From: Amoebophrya sp. A120
Taxonomy: Eukaryota; Protista; Dinoflagellata
DNA: 64,000 bases
Direction of reading: 5' to 3'
Assembly: GCA_905178155.1 (NCBI GenBank)
Contig: CAJINV010000003.1
Coordinates: 2,313,065-2,377,064 of the forward strand
Below are positions 1 through 11,472 of the stretch, piece by piece; position 1 is the stretch's first letter; the number at the start of each line of letters is the position of its first letter. Made by a program: the position numbers and the translations under genes. A model generated the notes under the pieces. It saw nothing but the letters and a program-made list of their open reading frames with translations. It did not search any database and had not been told where the DNA came from.

Positions 1-2516
1 CGGCCTGGTACGGGTACTGCTTGGTCCCGACCTTCTGCTTAGCTAAGTGCTTCAACTTGGCGCCTATTTTGTTGAAACAAAAAATTCATATTAGCGTCGT
101 GGTCACAAATATAATCTGCCGATACTAGCGGGCTTCTACCGCGTCCCCGTCGTGGTCCCATGAACTAACATGACCAAAAAGCAAAACTACCTCGATCATG
201 TGAAAATAAATCTGAAGAGAGTGGTAGTGGTACTCCATCAACCGGTAAATAAAAAATTGGTACTCAAGTGCATTTCCGCTGCGCCACCGCCCGGTAGGAG
301 TTTGGGTTGAAGGATGATGTTTCGGGCCACATTCCAGGCGTCGTGGAGGTTTCGCTCCATCTCATTCAAGACGTCCTTGCTCGCGCCACGCAAGATGATG
401 GAGCAAGCCTTCGGGTTCTCGCATTCCGTCATAAAGGTAAAGTATTCGTCGCCGATTTTCTTGATCTGTTTAAAAATATTGCAGATGATCTCTTTTTTTT
501 TGCGTGCAAGGAAACAATTCCGGACACGTGGTCGACAAGCGCAACAGCTCGTGTTTGGATGCAGTTTGTTATTGTTTTGACATGTAAACGATGAAAAAAT
601 AATCACGCGGTACTGGTTTTCATGGACGAGCATGAACTTTTTAGTTTGGGGGATCATGTTAATTTCTTACCTCGAAGAGACCGCACCCGGTCCCGACGTC
701 CTTTTCGTCAAGCTCTTCAGCTCTATTGACGATAGTCGCCCCGGTTACCCGTGCTACGCGGTTGTTGTCTGTCTTACGGATACGCCGGATCACCTGGGAG
801 TGTAGTTTCGAGACAAATAGAGCAAGACTAGCGATAAAAAAAAAGCCTGAAAAAAAGCCTGAAATTTCTGCATGCAAGAAAACACATCACCCAATACATC
901 ATCTTCGAACGAATACGGGCAAAAAAGAAAAACCACAAGAGGTACTTACCGAAACGTTCTGCTTCAGCAAGAAGTGCTGAGCGAGGTCAGAAACGCCCTT
1001 TTCAGTGATCACCACGTCCGGCTTGACACGGAGGATTTCGTCGCACACCTTCTTTACTTCTTCCTCCTCCTGTCGCAACATGGCTTCCCAGTCCGTTTCT
1101 TTTGTGATCTCGACCTGTTATGGTTTATACCGGCGTTTTCCTACATTGTAATTGTTATCGTTTCCGCTGCGACGAGTTGAGATCAGATGAGGAAAAGGCC
1201 GCGTGCAAAGAAAATAAATTGAATTAGATGCGCAGAAGTTTAAAAAAGTGCAAGTAGAAAAGCCAAAGTAAGTAAGTACGTTTGTTTGGGATTCGCCTTT
1301 TTTGTACTCGAGCGGGCAGTCGAGCAGCACAACGCGGGGGTTCGTGATTTTTCTTCTCATGCGCGGGTGCGTGATATCCTTGTTATACATCACGCCCTTC
1401 AGGACCTGTTGAGACAATTTGAATTGTGGATGGATCCAAATCATGCGATAGTATGTACGAAATTTTTATTTTTCATCAAATTGAAAAGCTCGCTGCCAAG
1501 CATAAGCATGTTTAAAAAGCGAGGATCATAGGAAAACATCTTTACCGCACACTCCTCGAGGTCTCCACCGGCAATTTTTTCGACTTTTGCGTATCTCTTC
1601 AAATCGATCTCTTTCTTGCCCGACGGGAGCTGCTCATAAACCGTCAGCGCCGCATCCACGGCGAGCTTAGAGATCATGGTTCCCCAACGTGACACAAATT
1701 TTGTGTCGATAGAGCTTTGCACAAACTCTATAAGCTTGTCCGGGTTTTCCGCGTCAATCGGAATAGCAATTTGCTCCAAAAGTTTCAGCGAATCTTCCAG
1801 AGCTTGCAAGTACCTGTAGTGATTTTCGTTGAGTACAAGCGTGGTCCTAATGAATGTCGTCTGCGGAGTGCTTGTCTCATCAAGCGTAAGCGCAACGAAA
1901 TTTTTGTCAAAAAAAAGAACAACTGCAATAATACCCTTGCACGATGACGGTCGGATGTATGTTTTTCTCCAACAATGGCTCGGCGACTGACAGCATTTCG
2001 CCCGCCAAAATGATAACGGACGTCGTACCGTCACCGACTTCCTCATCCTGCGCCCGACTCAGCTCGATCAAATTTTTCGCTGCCGGGTGGCCCACGTCGA
2101 TCTCCCGAAGAATTGCATTGCCGTCGTTGGTCATAACCTGTTGTGTGAAGAATAAAGCGCTCATTGACATTGAGCCAGTTTATTCAAGACAGCACATGCC
2201 AATAATTCCTTTACGTCTATTGATTCAGATTTGCATTTTAGTTGCCTTGTCCGCACCTGACCAGGAGAACATAAACCGAGGCTCTGCAATGAATACATTA
2301 AAATCAATGGAATACGATTCCGCCCATGGGGTCGAGCAGCATTTTCAGCATGGCTTTTGGCCCAAGCGTTGTTCGGACGATGGCCGCAACATTTACTGCC
2401 GCAGAGATATTGCTCCGCTGGGCTTTCCGACCCGTCTCACGCTTCGTGTTTTTGTTCAGTACCAACATTTGTCCGCCGGGCATACCGCCCCCACCAGGCA
2501 TTCCACCGGGCATCAT
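1..2516 (-). CDS. CCT3: T-complex protein 1 subunit gamma (chaperonin CCT3), multi-exon, 3' end runs off the left edge
   Basis: Exon translations include TTLGPKAMLKMLLDPMGGI / VMTNDGNAILREI, GDGTTSVIILAGE, AKVEKIAGG, VVLLDCPLEYKKGESQTN, RRIRKTDNNRVAR and LLPGGGAAEM. Exons join through canonical GT-AG introns (e.g. AAC|gtacttac...aacag|GTCGAG). Confidence 0.95.
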
Positions 2517-3653
2517 CTTGAGGTAAGGAAGGGCGGTGCGAGAAAAATCAACTGTTGAAACTACTCAAGTTAATACTTGCGATCTTGTTTATTGTGCCTG
2601 GTAGTGCTATAACAAGTTCTAGACTTCTCTTTGGTTGTCGTTTTCAGTTGCTACTTTGTTCCGTATTAAAACACTTACTAAACGTACTTTGTTTTATGTT
2701 GTTGAAACTAGATATGCGACCGTGTGGCTCCTTCTGTAACTGCTTGCCATGTGCTAGTACCTATCCTAAATTCACGGTGCCGTACCTTCTGACCACTGTT
2801 TGTAATGATGAGAATTGAATTGTGTTGACTGCTAGGAATCGATACTATAGGAGATTGCATCGCGGTGGTTCACCGGCTCCGTGCCAACACGGACCAATAG
2901 GATCGCATTGAGATTTGGGAGATTTTTTGATCTGGGGGGTAATTTTGATTTTCGGCGTGAGACCAAACGCAAACCTTCTGTAGTGGCTTCGTATCTACAA
3001 TTCTGAACAATACCGTGGGAACTCCACGAGCGCCTCTGTGGATACATAATTGGCTCCCATCAATTTGGCAAGAGATTCGTGCTGTCTGTCGTGTGGTTCT
3101 ACGTCACCGGGCGCAGATACAAGTGAATTTCAGTTACAGTTGTACGATAACTTCCAAAGTCAATTATTTGCAAATTTGCAGCACGTCAAATAGGTACAAG
3201 ACTTTTCGATTTGGAGAATCAACAAGAAGCACGAAACAAAATTGCATTGGAGCGAAACTCGGAATCCGATTGTACACATTAAGTAGGCAAACCTAGCAAA
3301 TCCTGCAAAGCAAGTACATTCATACGTGAATTCTAAATGACTGAAATCGAACGGAGCAAGAGCAGTTGCCATTAGATCAGGCGAACTTCTGTCACTCAGC
3401 GTTGTCGTTGTACAAGTTGAAATGTTGTAAAATCAATTGAAAGATGCAGATCGAAAAACTGAGCAATAATAAATATCGCTTTCTGTATTGAAGAAAATAC
3501 ACGAATTCAGGACTTCTCTTCTTCGCTCGGCAAGGCAGAGCTACAAAGCGTTTTAAATCAATGACTCGTAATGTAAAATTAATAGCTACTGTAGCAGAAA
3601 TAAGGCGCTGCTGCCAGAAGCCAGAGCAGAATCAATTACTCTAAAATCAATTT

Positions 3654-6600
3654 CTAGAACAAGCCACTGCCGTCGTTAAGCATGATAAATTTGGGTGCGG
3701 GTTTCAGTTCCGGCATGCCCTCGACCATCGCCCAGGTGATGCCCTTGTAGCACGCTTTGCCATCCGCAGTGTAGTTTCCCTCTTCGCTGTCCAAATCTCC
3801 CTCCGCCTGCTGCGCAGCCTCCATCGGTTGATGTTCCGCCACCGCCGTCGCGGCTCCCGGTTGTTCCGCTGCTGCCGCCTGCAGCTCCGCGACCGTAATT
3901 ACCGGTGCAGCCGACTGCGGTAGTTGTTCCTTCTGCAGTTCCACCGCCTCCTCGAGCGTCACGCCGCGACTCGTCTCAAGTGGTTCCTCGTACGCATCAG
4001 GATTCGGCGACGCAGACGGGGCGCCGCCGAACTGGTCCGCAAAAAAATTCTCCAGCTCGTCGTCCGCACTGTGCGAAACCTGGTTGTTTTAATGAAGATG
4101 ACGAGTGCATCTTCTACTTCAGTGCACAATTTTGTTTGATCCTGTTCCCCGGGTCAGGACATCATGTCATGTATGCTACGGCCTGGAGCGCACTTCTTAA
4201 TTAAGTACTCAAGACTGGATTTTTCCTGATGCCTCCAACCAATTTTAAATCAAAAATGCTGCTGTACCATTTCTGTCGGTGACGGTGCTGGCTTGCGATG
4301 CTTACTCTTCTTACTCTGTGCTGCGAAACCGTCTGTAAAGGTGCTGTAGAACCTGGACGTTATAATTTGTGGCGAATGAAACATGTTGTCAGCAGCGCCT
4401 TAGTACAAAGAGATGAATAAATCATGAATGAAAAGCTGAACACCAGCGTGTATCAGTATCACCGCCTCGCAAAAATGCGAAGAAAAATACTGCTTCTGCA
4501 TGCCGTGCCCATAGGATTTTGACCGCTTGTCCGGGATCCGACGCTGCTTCGCGAGATCAATCGGATGCAGGAAGTCTCTCTTCGTTTGGGTACTGTAGTG
4601 CTCCTATGCATTGCAAATATGTTGTCGGGAAACTTGTGATGCAAGGGAGGGAATCAATAGTGAGCGCACTGTAAAAATCGGCTGCCAAGCATGACAAGCT
4701 TTTCCGTGGTTCTGAGTTGCGTACTCCGCATGAGAAACTGAGGTTTTGCATGACAGGCCACAGTAGCTCTTTGCGGTGACGCAACACAGAGTTCAGAGTC
4801 ATGCCAGACTAGCATGACAAGTCTCGCAATCTCCGAGACCCAGACACATTTGCATTTGATAGCTCCTTCGCGTTCCAAAAGGTTTGCGACATCGGGTTTC
4901 GTCTCGCCCGTAGGGTCGCCATCTCTATCCTATGTAAAAACATCCCCACACCAGAGTTGTCATGCAGATTTCCAGTCACAGGAAAATTTGTAATGCGCAT
5001 CCCCATGAGAGGCATTTCCAGTCGTGTTTTGGACTTTGTAATGCTCTGAATAGGATGAGTAAATGGATTTGCGTTGCGGCTGTACTCGCTGAACTGCCCT
5101 ACAAGACAGAGACGAACTTGTCATGCTTGACTCCCAAAACTTCTCGACTTGTGTTGCGAGATCCCCATCTTGACTCTGGGGTGGGGACGTTTTTACACAG
5201 GATAATCTCCGCAGCATCTTTATCCTGTATTGGGAAAAGTACATACAACATTGGAGAAGTCTTGTGCTCGTCATTTTCATACTGGAAGAACTCCAACACG
5301 CGGGGACCAAAGACCAAGTCTAGGTCTCCTGCTCAGAACTCGGACCCAAGCTCAAGCAAGCAAGCAAGAAGCTACTATAAATATACAACATCAAATCATC
5401 ATCAGTACGAAAGTGCTCATGGTCAGCGACAATTTGTCGGCCGGTTGTGGCCACTCCTCCAGGTTGAAGCGGTGCTCTCGGGTGAGGTGCAACCCGCTCC
5501 CTTTCGGGGATAGCGATCGCGTGTCGTACATGGACTTCGGCACGTGGAACTTGGATTTTCTCTTGGTCTCCCCCGCCACGTCGTCGTAGTACATAATGGA
5601 AGAGTTGACCTTTCTCTCCGGCAGCCGTGGTAAGACGTCGAAAGTCCGCGCGAAGCGATTCGTTTCTCCGCCTTCCGCATCAACACGCTCTATCGACGCC
5701 GAACCGTCCCTCTTTCGTGCGGCGTTTCTTTCCGGGCTACTGGTACTTCCCCGTTTTGTTGTTCCGGAGGACTTCTTGTTACCCGTGGTCCCCTTGCTCG
5801 TCTTTCTTACAACCGGTGGCAAACCCTGCTGCTCTGGTCTACTAGTACAACTCGTGGCACTACTTCTCGTGGCTCCCTGCTCTCTACTACTTTGCTCCTC
5901 TACCTGTTGTGCTACTCCTGCCGGCGGAGGTAACGTGCTGCTTCGCGGCTTGCCACCTATTGCCGGCAGTGTGGTCGTCCCTAAATTGCCGTCGGCTGGA
6001 CTAGAATGGCCGCTGCTCGGTGAAATGTGGTCGCCCGGGGACGGCGCCGCCGTGCTGGTGGTGCTCAACGAAGAGGACGAGGCCACCTTATTTTTCTGCA
6101 TTCGGACAAACCGCTTCGCCTTCCACTTGAAGTGCCGGGTTTCCCGGGTGAAGGCCTCGGGATTCAAATTTTCTCGTTCTGGGTCCTTCAGAGAGGAAAA
6201 GGTCCGGTGCATGAAACTCGGGAGCACCTTCAGCTGCAACGCGGTCTCGTTGTTGCCGTTCTGCACGTACTATCAAATGCAACAACGTCTGGGTCTGGAA
6301 GAATGCAAGGCTCTTTGTCATGCATACCCGACTGCACCACATCGAAAACCTTTGCAGCGTCGCCGCAAGCAGCTACGGCCGCAGGAGATCTAGGGTCAGA
6401 ACCGCGAAAAGAGTGCAGGTTCTTTGTCATGCACGGCTAGCATGGCTCTCAAGTCTGTAATGCGCGCAACCCAAAAGCCATATTTCTCTATCATGCAGAA
6501 ACACAGTTTGTCATGCAGATAGGCAACACTATAGCAAGTCCAAAACTTGTCATGCTTGGCTGTCAGTGAAGGCGTCCACATGATTCGCCAAACAGCATCA

Positions 6601-7711
6601 CAAGTTTCCAGACCCAGACATATTTGCAATGCATACGTACGCTGCCTGGTCCTTCGTTTTCAGCGCGATGGCCTCCATGCTGGGTTTCCGGGCTTTCTCG
6701 GGCCGGCGCCCGTCGGCGGACACAAACTCGTTCCCGGCATATCGCAAGAAAAAAGTGCTACAGTTACACACTGTGTTGCAAGACCGGCAACACAGACAAC
6801 CTTTCTCATGCAGGAAATGCTCGGGAGCCTCATTTCATAGGTGTTTTCCCGTAGGAGTTCTGCATTACAAGTTTTCTCTCTCACGCAGAGAAATTTGTGT
6901 TGCTGAATTCACTACAAATGTGTAACTGTAACACTTTTTTCGTGGGATACGGCCAGACTCAGGTATACCGACTTCCCGTTCACGGGCAACTTGTTTCGCT
7001 CCGATACCAAACGCATGGGGCGGCCCGCAATGCTGCCCGATAGTCTGTCGTCCGATGCGGATTTTTTTCATTGTAATTCATAAAGCGAAGATCGTCATGG
7101 TTTTTTTCCTACGATGAACATCAAGCAGTAGAGATGCTGAAATCAATGACAATGCCAAGGATGCGAAAAATCGGATACATGCAACACCCTGTAGTTATAC
7201 CTGTAAACTTTTTTCCCAGAGCCGTAGTTGCAGGAGATGTTTTCGCTGCGGAGCGTGAACTTGAACTCGTCTACTGTTTCGTTCATCGTTGTCCCGCTGT
7301 TCCATTCCGCTCGGCCCGCTGCGAGGAGTTCCTTGCCGTGCTTGGCCCACACAAAGCCGGCGCCTCGTTTGGGTGCCCCCGCGGGCGGCATGGTGGGAAT
7401 ACCGCTACCGATCTTGTGCAGTGGCTGGACCATGTATCACACAGAAAAAAGCTGGCAGGTCATATTTGTAATGCAAAAATAAATGGACAAAAAAAATTGT
7501 ACTGCATATCCTAAATAGCATGCTATGAGGCCGCCCATGACAGATTTTTCTGTGTATTTATTTTTGCATTACAAATATGCTCTGCCAGCTTTTTTCTGTG
7601 GGATACCATGTTTTGGCTCCTGCCGCCCTCCCGGGTGTGTCCCGCGTTGCTTGGGATGTGCGCCACCGGCAGGGTGCGCGTACCGTAACCGACACTGTCT
7701 CCGTACGTCAT
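3654..7711 (-). CDS. Hypothetical multi-exon protein (about 10 exons) interrupted by five introners
   Basis: A continuous frame from ATG 7711 (MTYGDSVG...) to the stop at 3654 (...NDGSGLF) can be built by removing five TSD-flanked elements plus canonical introns (7200-7045, ~4488-4353, ~4266-4081). The junction near 5330-5420 is unresolved. No recognisable domain. Confidence 0.65.
4605..4861. mobile_element. Introner, family B (TCTGGGTCTGG-type TIR), 257 bp
   Basis: TATGCATTGC...GCATTTGATA. TSD GCTCC at 4600-4604 and 4862-4866. Removal gives NAKEHYSTQ in frame. Confidence 0.88.
4926..5204. mobile_element. Introner, family A, 279 bp
   Basis: TIR TATCCTATGTAAAAACATCCCCACACCAGAGT. TSD ATCTC at 4921-4925 and 5205-5209. 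Inverted homologue of 21203-21481 with the same length. Removal gives DAAEMATLR. Confidence 0.93.
6271..6635. mobile_element. Introner, family B, 365 bp
   Basis: TATCAAATGC...TCTGGGTCTGG and CCAGACCCAGA...GCAATGCATA. TSD CGTAC at 6266-6270 and 6636-6640. Removal gives DQAAYVQNG. Confidence 0.92.
6740..6949. mobile_element. Introner, family C, 210 bp
   Basis: TIR TATCGCAAGAAAAAAGTGCTACAGTTACACA and its near reverse complement. TSD CGGCA/CGGCC (1 mismatch). Removal gives VYLSLAGNEF. Confidence 0.88.
7435..7605. mobile_element. Introner, family D (long TIR), 171 bp
   Basis: ~55-bp TIR TATCACACAGAAAAAAGCTGGCAG...AATGCAAAAATAAAT. TSD CCATG at 7430-7434 and 7606-7610. Homologous to 45370-45529. 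Removal gives SQNMVQPLH. Confidence 0.93.
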
Positions 7712-8364
7712 TTTTTTGAAACTTCGCTTGTTGTTGTTCCGACTTATTATACGATTTGATGATCACAATGGATATTTACAACCACAAAGATGTTGCGTGG
7801 GCAGTTTCAAAAAAAAAACAGCAGGTCGAGTTCGTTCCCGCAGCGCCTTCTAGGAAAAGTTGATTTTTTCGTATAGTTGATAGCAAAGAGAGGCAGTCTA
7901 TCAGTATCAGCACCACGCAAGCGAACAGCATTTCCCGCACGACCGGCCTAACCAAACGATTCACCTTCAACGCAACCGATTCAACTATTTTTCCCGAAAT
8001 AAAATCAACCACCAGACTGCAGGAAAACATCAGCGACTTACGAATAAAGTACGACTCGTAAAACGGAGTGACTGTGCTGTTTTACCCGAATTCATTTCAA
8101 CCGAAAAAACGACGACGGCCCGTGGAATGTATGACTTGACTGTGAACCGAACCACGAATGTCGAATTACAAACAACTTCATTCACTGTATGGGGTGCACC
8201 ACATGCAGGATATTCTCCCAGTACACGACCGGCCCACGCTTGTTACAAATAATTCGCTGAAAGTCGTTTCTTGGAACACCCTGATTAGTATTCGCTCGTT
8301 ATTTCGCGTCTTCTTTTTCAAGACAAAAGCTAAATCGCGATAATCTTCCACGGCGCGCTCTTCT

Positions 8365-11077
8365 TCAAGTATCCTCCGGAGCCAACAGCGCGTCGTCTTC
8401 GATTACCAGAGGCACGTGTCCTCGGATGTTCTCGTCCGCCGCGTTCCATATTTGGTACCGGCCGGCGAGCACTTCGGATTGAAGCGAGATGTTTAGCCTC
8501 GTGGCGGGGTACACCGTGACCCCCTTCGGGTCAATGGACAGCCCGGAAAAGGTCGTGTGGGGGATCTTCAGGAAGACCTCGCAGTAGTCGGGAATGGTGG
8601 AGTCTTTTGTGGAGGAGATCGGCTTCATCATGTGCTGATACGACCGGATCTTGTTCATATTGGGATGCTGCTGTTGACCTCCACCACGCTGGTGCCCGGA
8701 TGAAGAGGAGGAAGCGCTGCCGTTGTTCCCCCGGTTGTTTATTCCAGAACTACTACTGCTAGTACCCGCGCTAGTACCCCCGTTGCCGAACCCTGATCCG
8801 CCGCCGAGGGCAGAGGAGCCCCCCGGTCCCTGCGGCCCACCACCGGCGCTGGCGCTCTGCTGCGAGGACGCGAAACTCTCCACCGAAAGCTCGCCGATCA
8901 GCGACGCCGACTTGTGCTCCGCGGACAGGTGCCGGATCTGCCACACGATCACGCTGGCGTCGTCCGTGATGGAGAAGGTGGTTTTCTCGCTGCACCGCAG
9001 CCGGTTCCCGCGGATCCGCCCCGGAAAGGGGATGCGCACCTGGCACTGCGGATCCGCGGACGCCGTGCAGGCGAGCAGCTCCGGGCCAAACTCGATCTGT
9101 AGGAGGAGCCTCAACTCCACCGGCGACACCTCCTTCACCTGGTAGTAGCCCCGGATCGGGAACGTCTGCACCTTATCAAATGCAAAAGTGTCTGGGTCTG
9201 GAAGAATGCAGACTTGTCATGCATATTTTCAATGCCCCATGAAATCTGGAATGCAGGACCTAGCATGACAGATTCTGCGAAGTCTCTATCATGCCTATCC
9301 CGCATGAGAAACTCCCGCTCATGTTGTTACAAAAAAAAGAACTTTTGGTGATCACGCAACACAGGTTTTTGTGTGACCCACAGGACGCATCACAAGTTCC
9401 ATCCTTCCAGACCCAAACATTTTTGCATTTGATACACCTTGGGGTACCGGTACCTGCACAGCACGAACGGACTGGAGGTATCAAATGCAAATATGTCTGG
9501 GTCTGGAAGAATTCATGTTTGTCATGCTTGTCTGGCATGACTCTTAAATCTGTCATGCACGTTACCCAAGAGCTCCGTTTTTCTGTGATGCAGAAGCGCA
9601 GTTTGTCATGCAGAATAGGCAACACCTAGGAACTCAGAAACTTGTCATGCTGAGCCAGCATCTGTAGCCTCATCATGAGACGCCACCCAGCATCACAAGT
9701 TTCCAGACCCAGACATTTTTACTTTTCATAGGAGGGCGGCGTGCACGAGATCTTCACCGTGTTCAGCGCCGGGTCGGTGCTCAGCTGCGCGCAGTTGTAC
9801 ACGCACAGGTCGGGCTGCGTGTGGTGCAGCGTGAGCGGGACCGACAACTCGGGGACGCCCGGGATCTCGGCGGAGCAGTACACCGTGCCGTGGATGAAGC
9901 ACTCGTCCTCGTACTGGTCCGGTTTGCCGTAAATGGTACAGTTCACGCTCTCCACCACCGACAGCATCAGCCGCGGCTTCGTGTTTTCCTTGTGCAGGTA
10001 CGGTTTCCAGGCGGCGATGCGGGTGGACGTCGCCAGCGCGGCCGCACCACGGCTGTAGTTGTTTGCGTTGTTTTGATGCTGGGGGAGAACCGAGTTCAGG
10101 CTGGTGCTGTGGTCAAACCCCAAGTGCCGCACTTTCCGCAGCAGCGCGTAGTTCGTGTTCACGGGACTGCCAAAGGGCAGCGCCGCCTTCAGGTAGTACT
10201 GCAGCTCCCCAATCGCGTCCACGTCCGCGATGGACAGGTCCGGGGACAAGAAGTCCGCGATATCTTCGAGTAAAACAAAGGCGGCCGTCACCTCCGGCAG
10301 CTCAATCACCTCCGGCCGCCAGGAGTTCTGGTCCGCACGTTGGTTCACGAGTTCTGGTCGGAGCAGCCCAACCACCGCGAGCAGGTAGAACCCCTTCTTC
10401 GCCAGAAACACGCACGGCCAGATCACGCGCTCGGCGCGGCTAGTAGTAGCTTTATTCGTGTTCGTACCTCCTCGTCGCTGCTCTCCTCCGCTGCGCAGCG
10501 CAAAAGCACCCCGGTCATTTGTTCTCCCTTCCGCAGAACGCGGGCTGCTGCGAGGAGTAGAGTTGCTGTCGCTATGGCCGCTGCCGACGTTCTTGTCCAC
10601 CGGACGACGTCGAGAGGTAGTACTTCTATCACCGCCCGGAGAGGAAGCCGAAGATGAACTTGATGCAGAGGATGTTGAAGATCCTCCTTCGACCTCCATC
10701 GATTCCTCCTCCCCGTCGTTGTTCCTTCGCTTGCGCAGAAAGCAAACCGGGCCGAGCGGCCAGTCCTTCTCCACTTTAGCCTCCTGTCCCGGCCGCCACC
10801 CGAGGTTGCTGCTGCTTCCGCACCCCTCGAAGTCGCGGGCGAAGGGGGCCGAAATCTTGTCCCAGAGCGAGGCAACGGTGTCCTGGTCGCCGTCGTCGTC
10901 CAGCAGCACATCCAGCAAAAAGCTCAGACTCACCTCCTCGTCGCACGGAATCTCCACGTAACCCTCGCCCCAGAGGGCCTTTGTGCGTGCCTCGACAGTA
11001 GGGAAACGGCGGGAAAGCATCAACTTCACCTCGCTCTCCGCACGAAACACCCAAAGCCCCCGCAAACTGCACGCCAT
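8365..11077 (-). CDS. AP5M1: AP-5 adaptor complex mu subunit (3 exons, 2 introners)
   Basis: N-terminus MACSLRGLWV...LSRRFPTVEAR, PFGSP, AWKPYL and the reconstructed TPPSSPFVLCRYRYPKVQTFPIRGYYQ match mu5 motifs. C-terminal mu-homology domain ends ...GRYQIWN. Confidence 0.85.
9174..9434. mobile_element. Introner, family B, 261 bp
   Basis: TATCAAATGCAAAAGTGTCTGGGTCTGGAAG TIR. TSD CACCT at 9169-9173 and 9435-9439. Confidence 0.93.
9479..9730. mobile_element. Introner, family B, 252 bp
   Basis: TSD GGAGG at 9474-9478 and 9731-9735. Close inverted copy of 50796-51047 with the same length. Confidence 0.93.
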
Positions 11078-11472
11078 GCTGTCGGAGTTTAGTTTCCTTC
11101 ACAAAGACAGATGTACTTAGTTCTTCTGGGAACAAGATACTACGAGTTTTGCTCGATGCGAGGACGTCGAGGAGTCCGATGCGATAGATCATGGTGGACC
11201 ATTCAGCCCCCGTCTTCTCTCCATACCAACGAAACCAGCTGCAGGATCAATTGAGCTGCTTCACAAAACTTGGTCACAAAAAAACATCACGAGCGATCGC
11301 CAAGTGTAGTTGCTCGACTGACACATTAGACAAGCGCAGGAGCAGCCATCTAAACCGGCCGCAGCGAAGTAGATCACAATGAATCGTTAATTTTCAGCGA
11401 AGATGCCATCGCTGGGTCGGCAGAGACAAATCGTATGATGAGAACGAGCGATAGTAGGTGCGTCCTCTACCA

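Noticed and set aside
4926-5204. Reading the introners as TA- or AT-duplicating Tc1/mariner-type MITEs
   Set aside because: The AT model gives in-frame stops at 4605-4861 and 6271-6635, whereas a 5-bp TSD outside TAT...ATA fits all 19 elements.
9174-9730. A single nested element in AP5M1
   Set aside because: Two different TSD pairs and a coding 44-nt spacer show two adjacent independent insertions.
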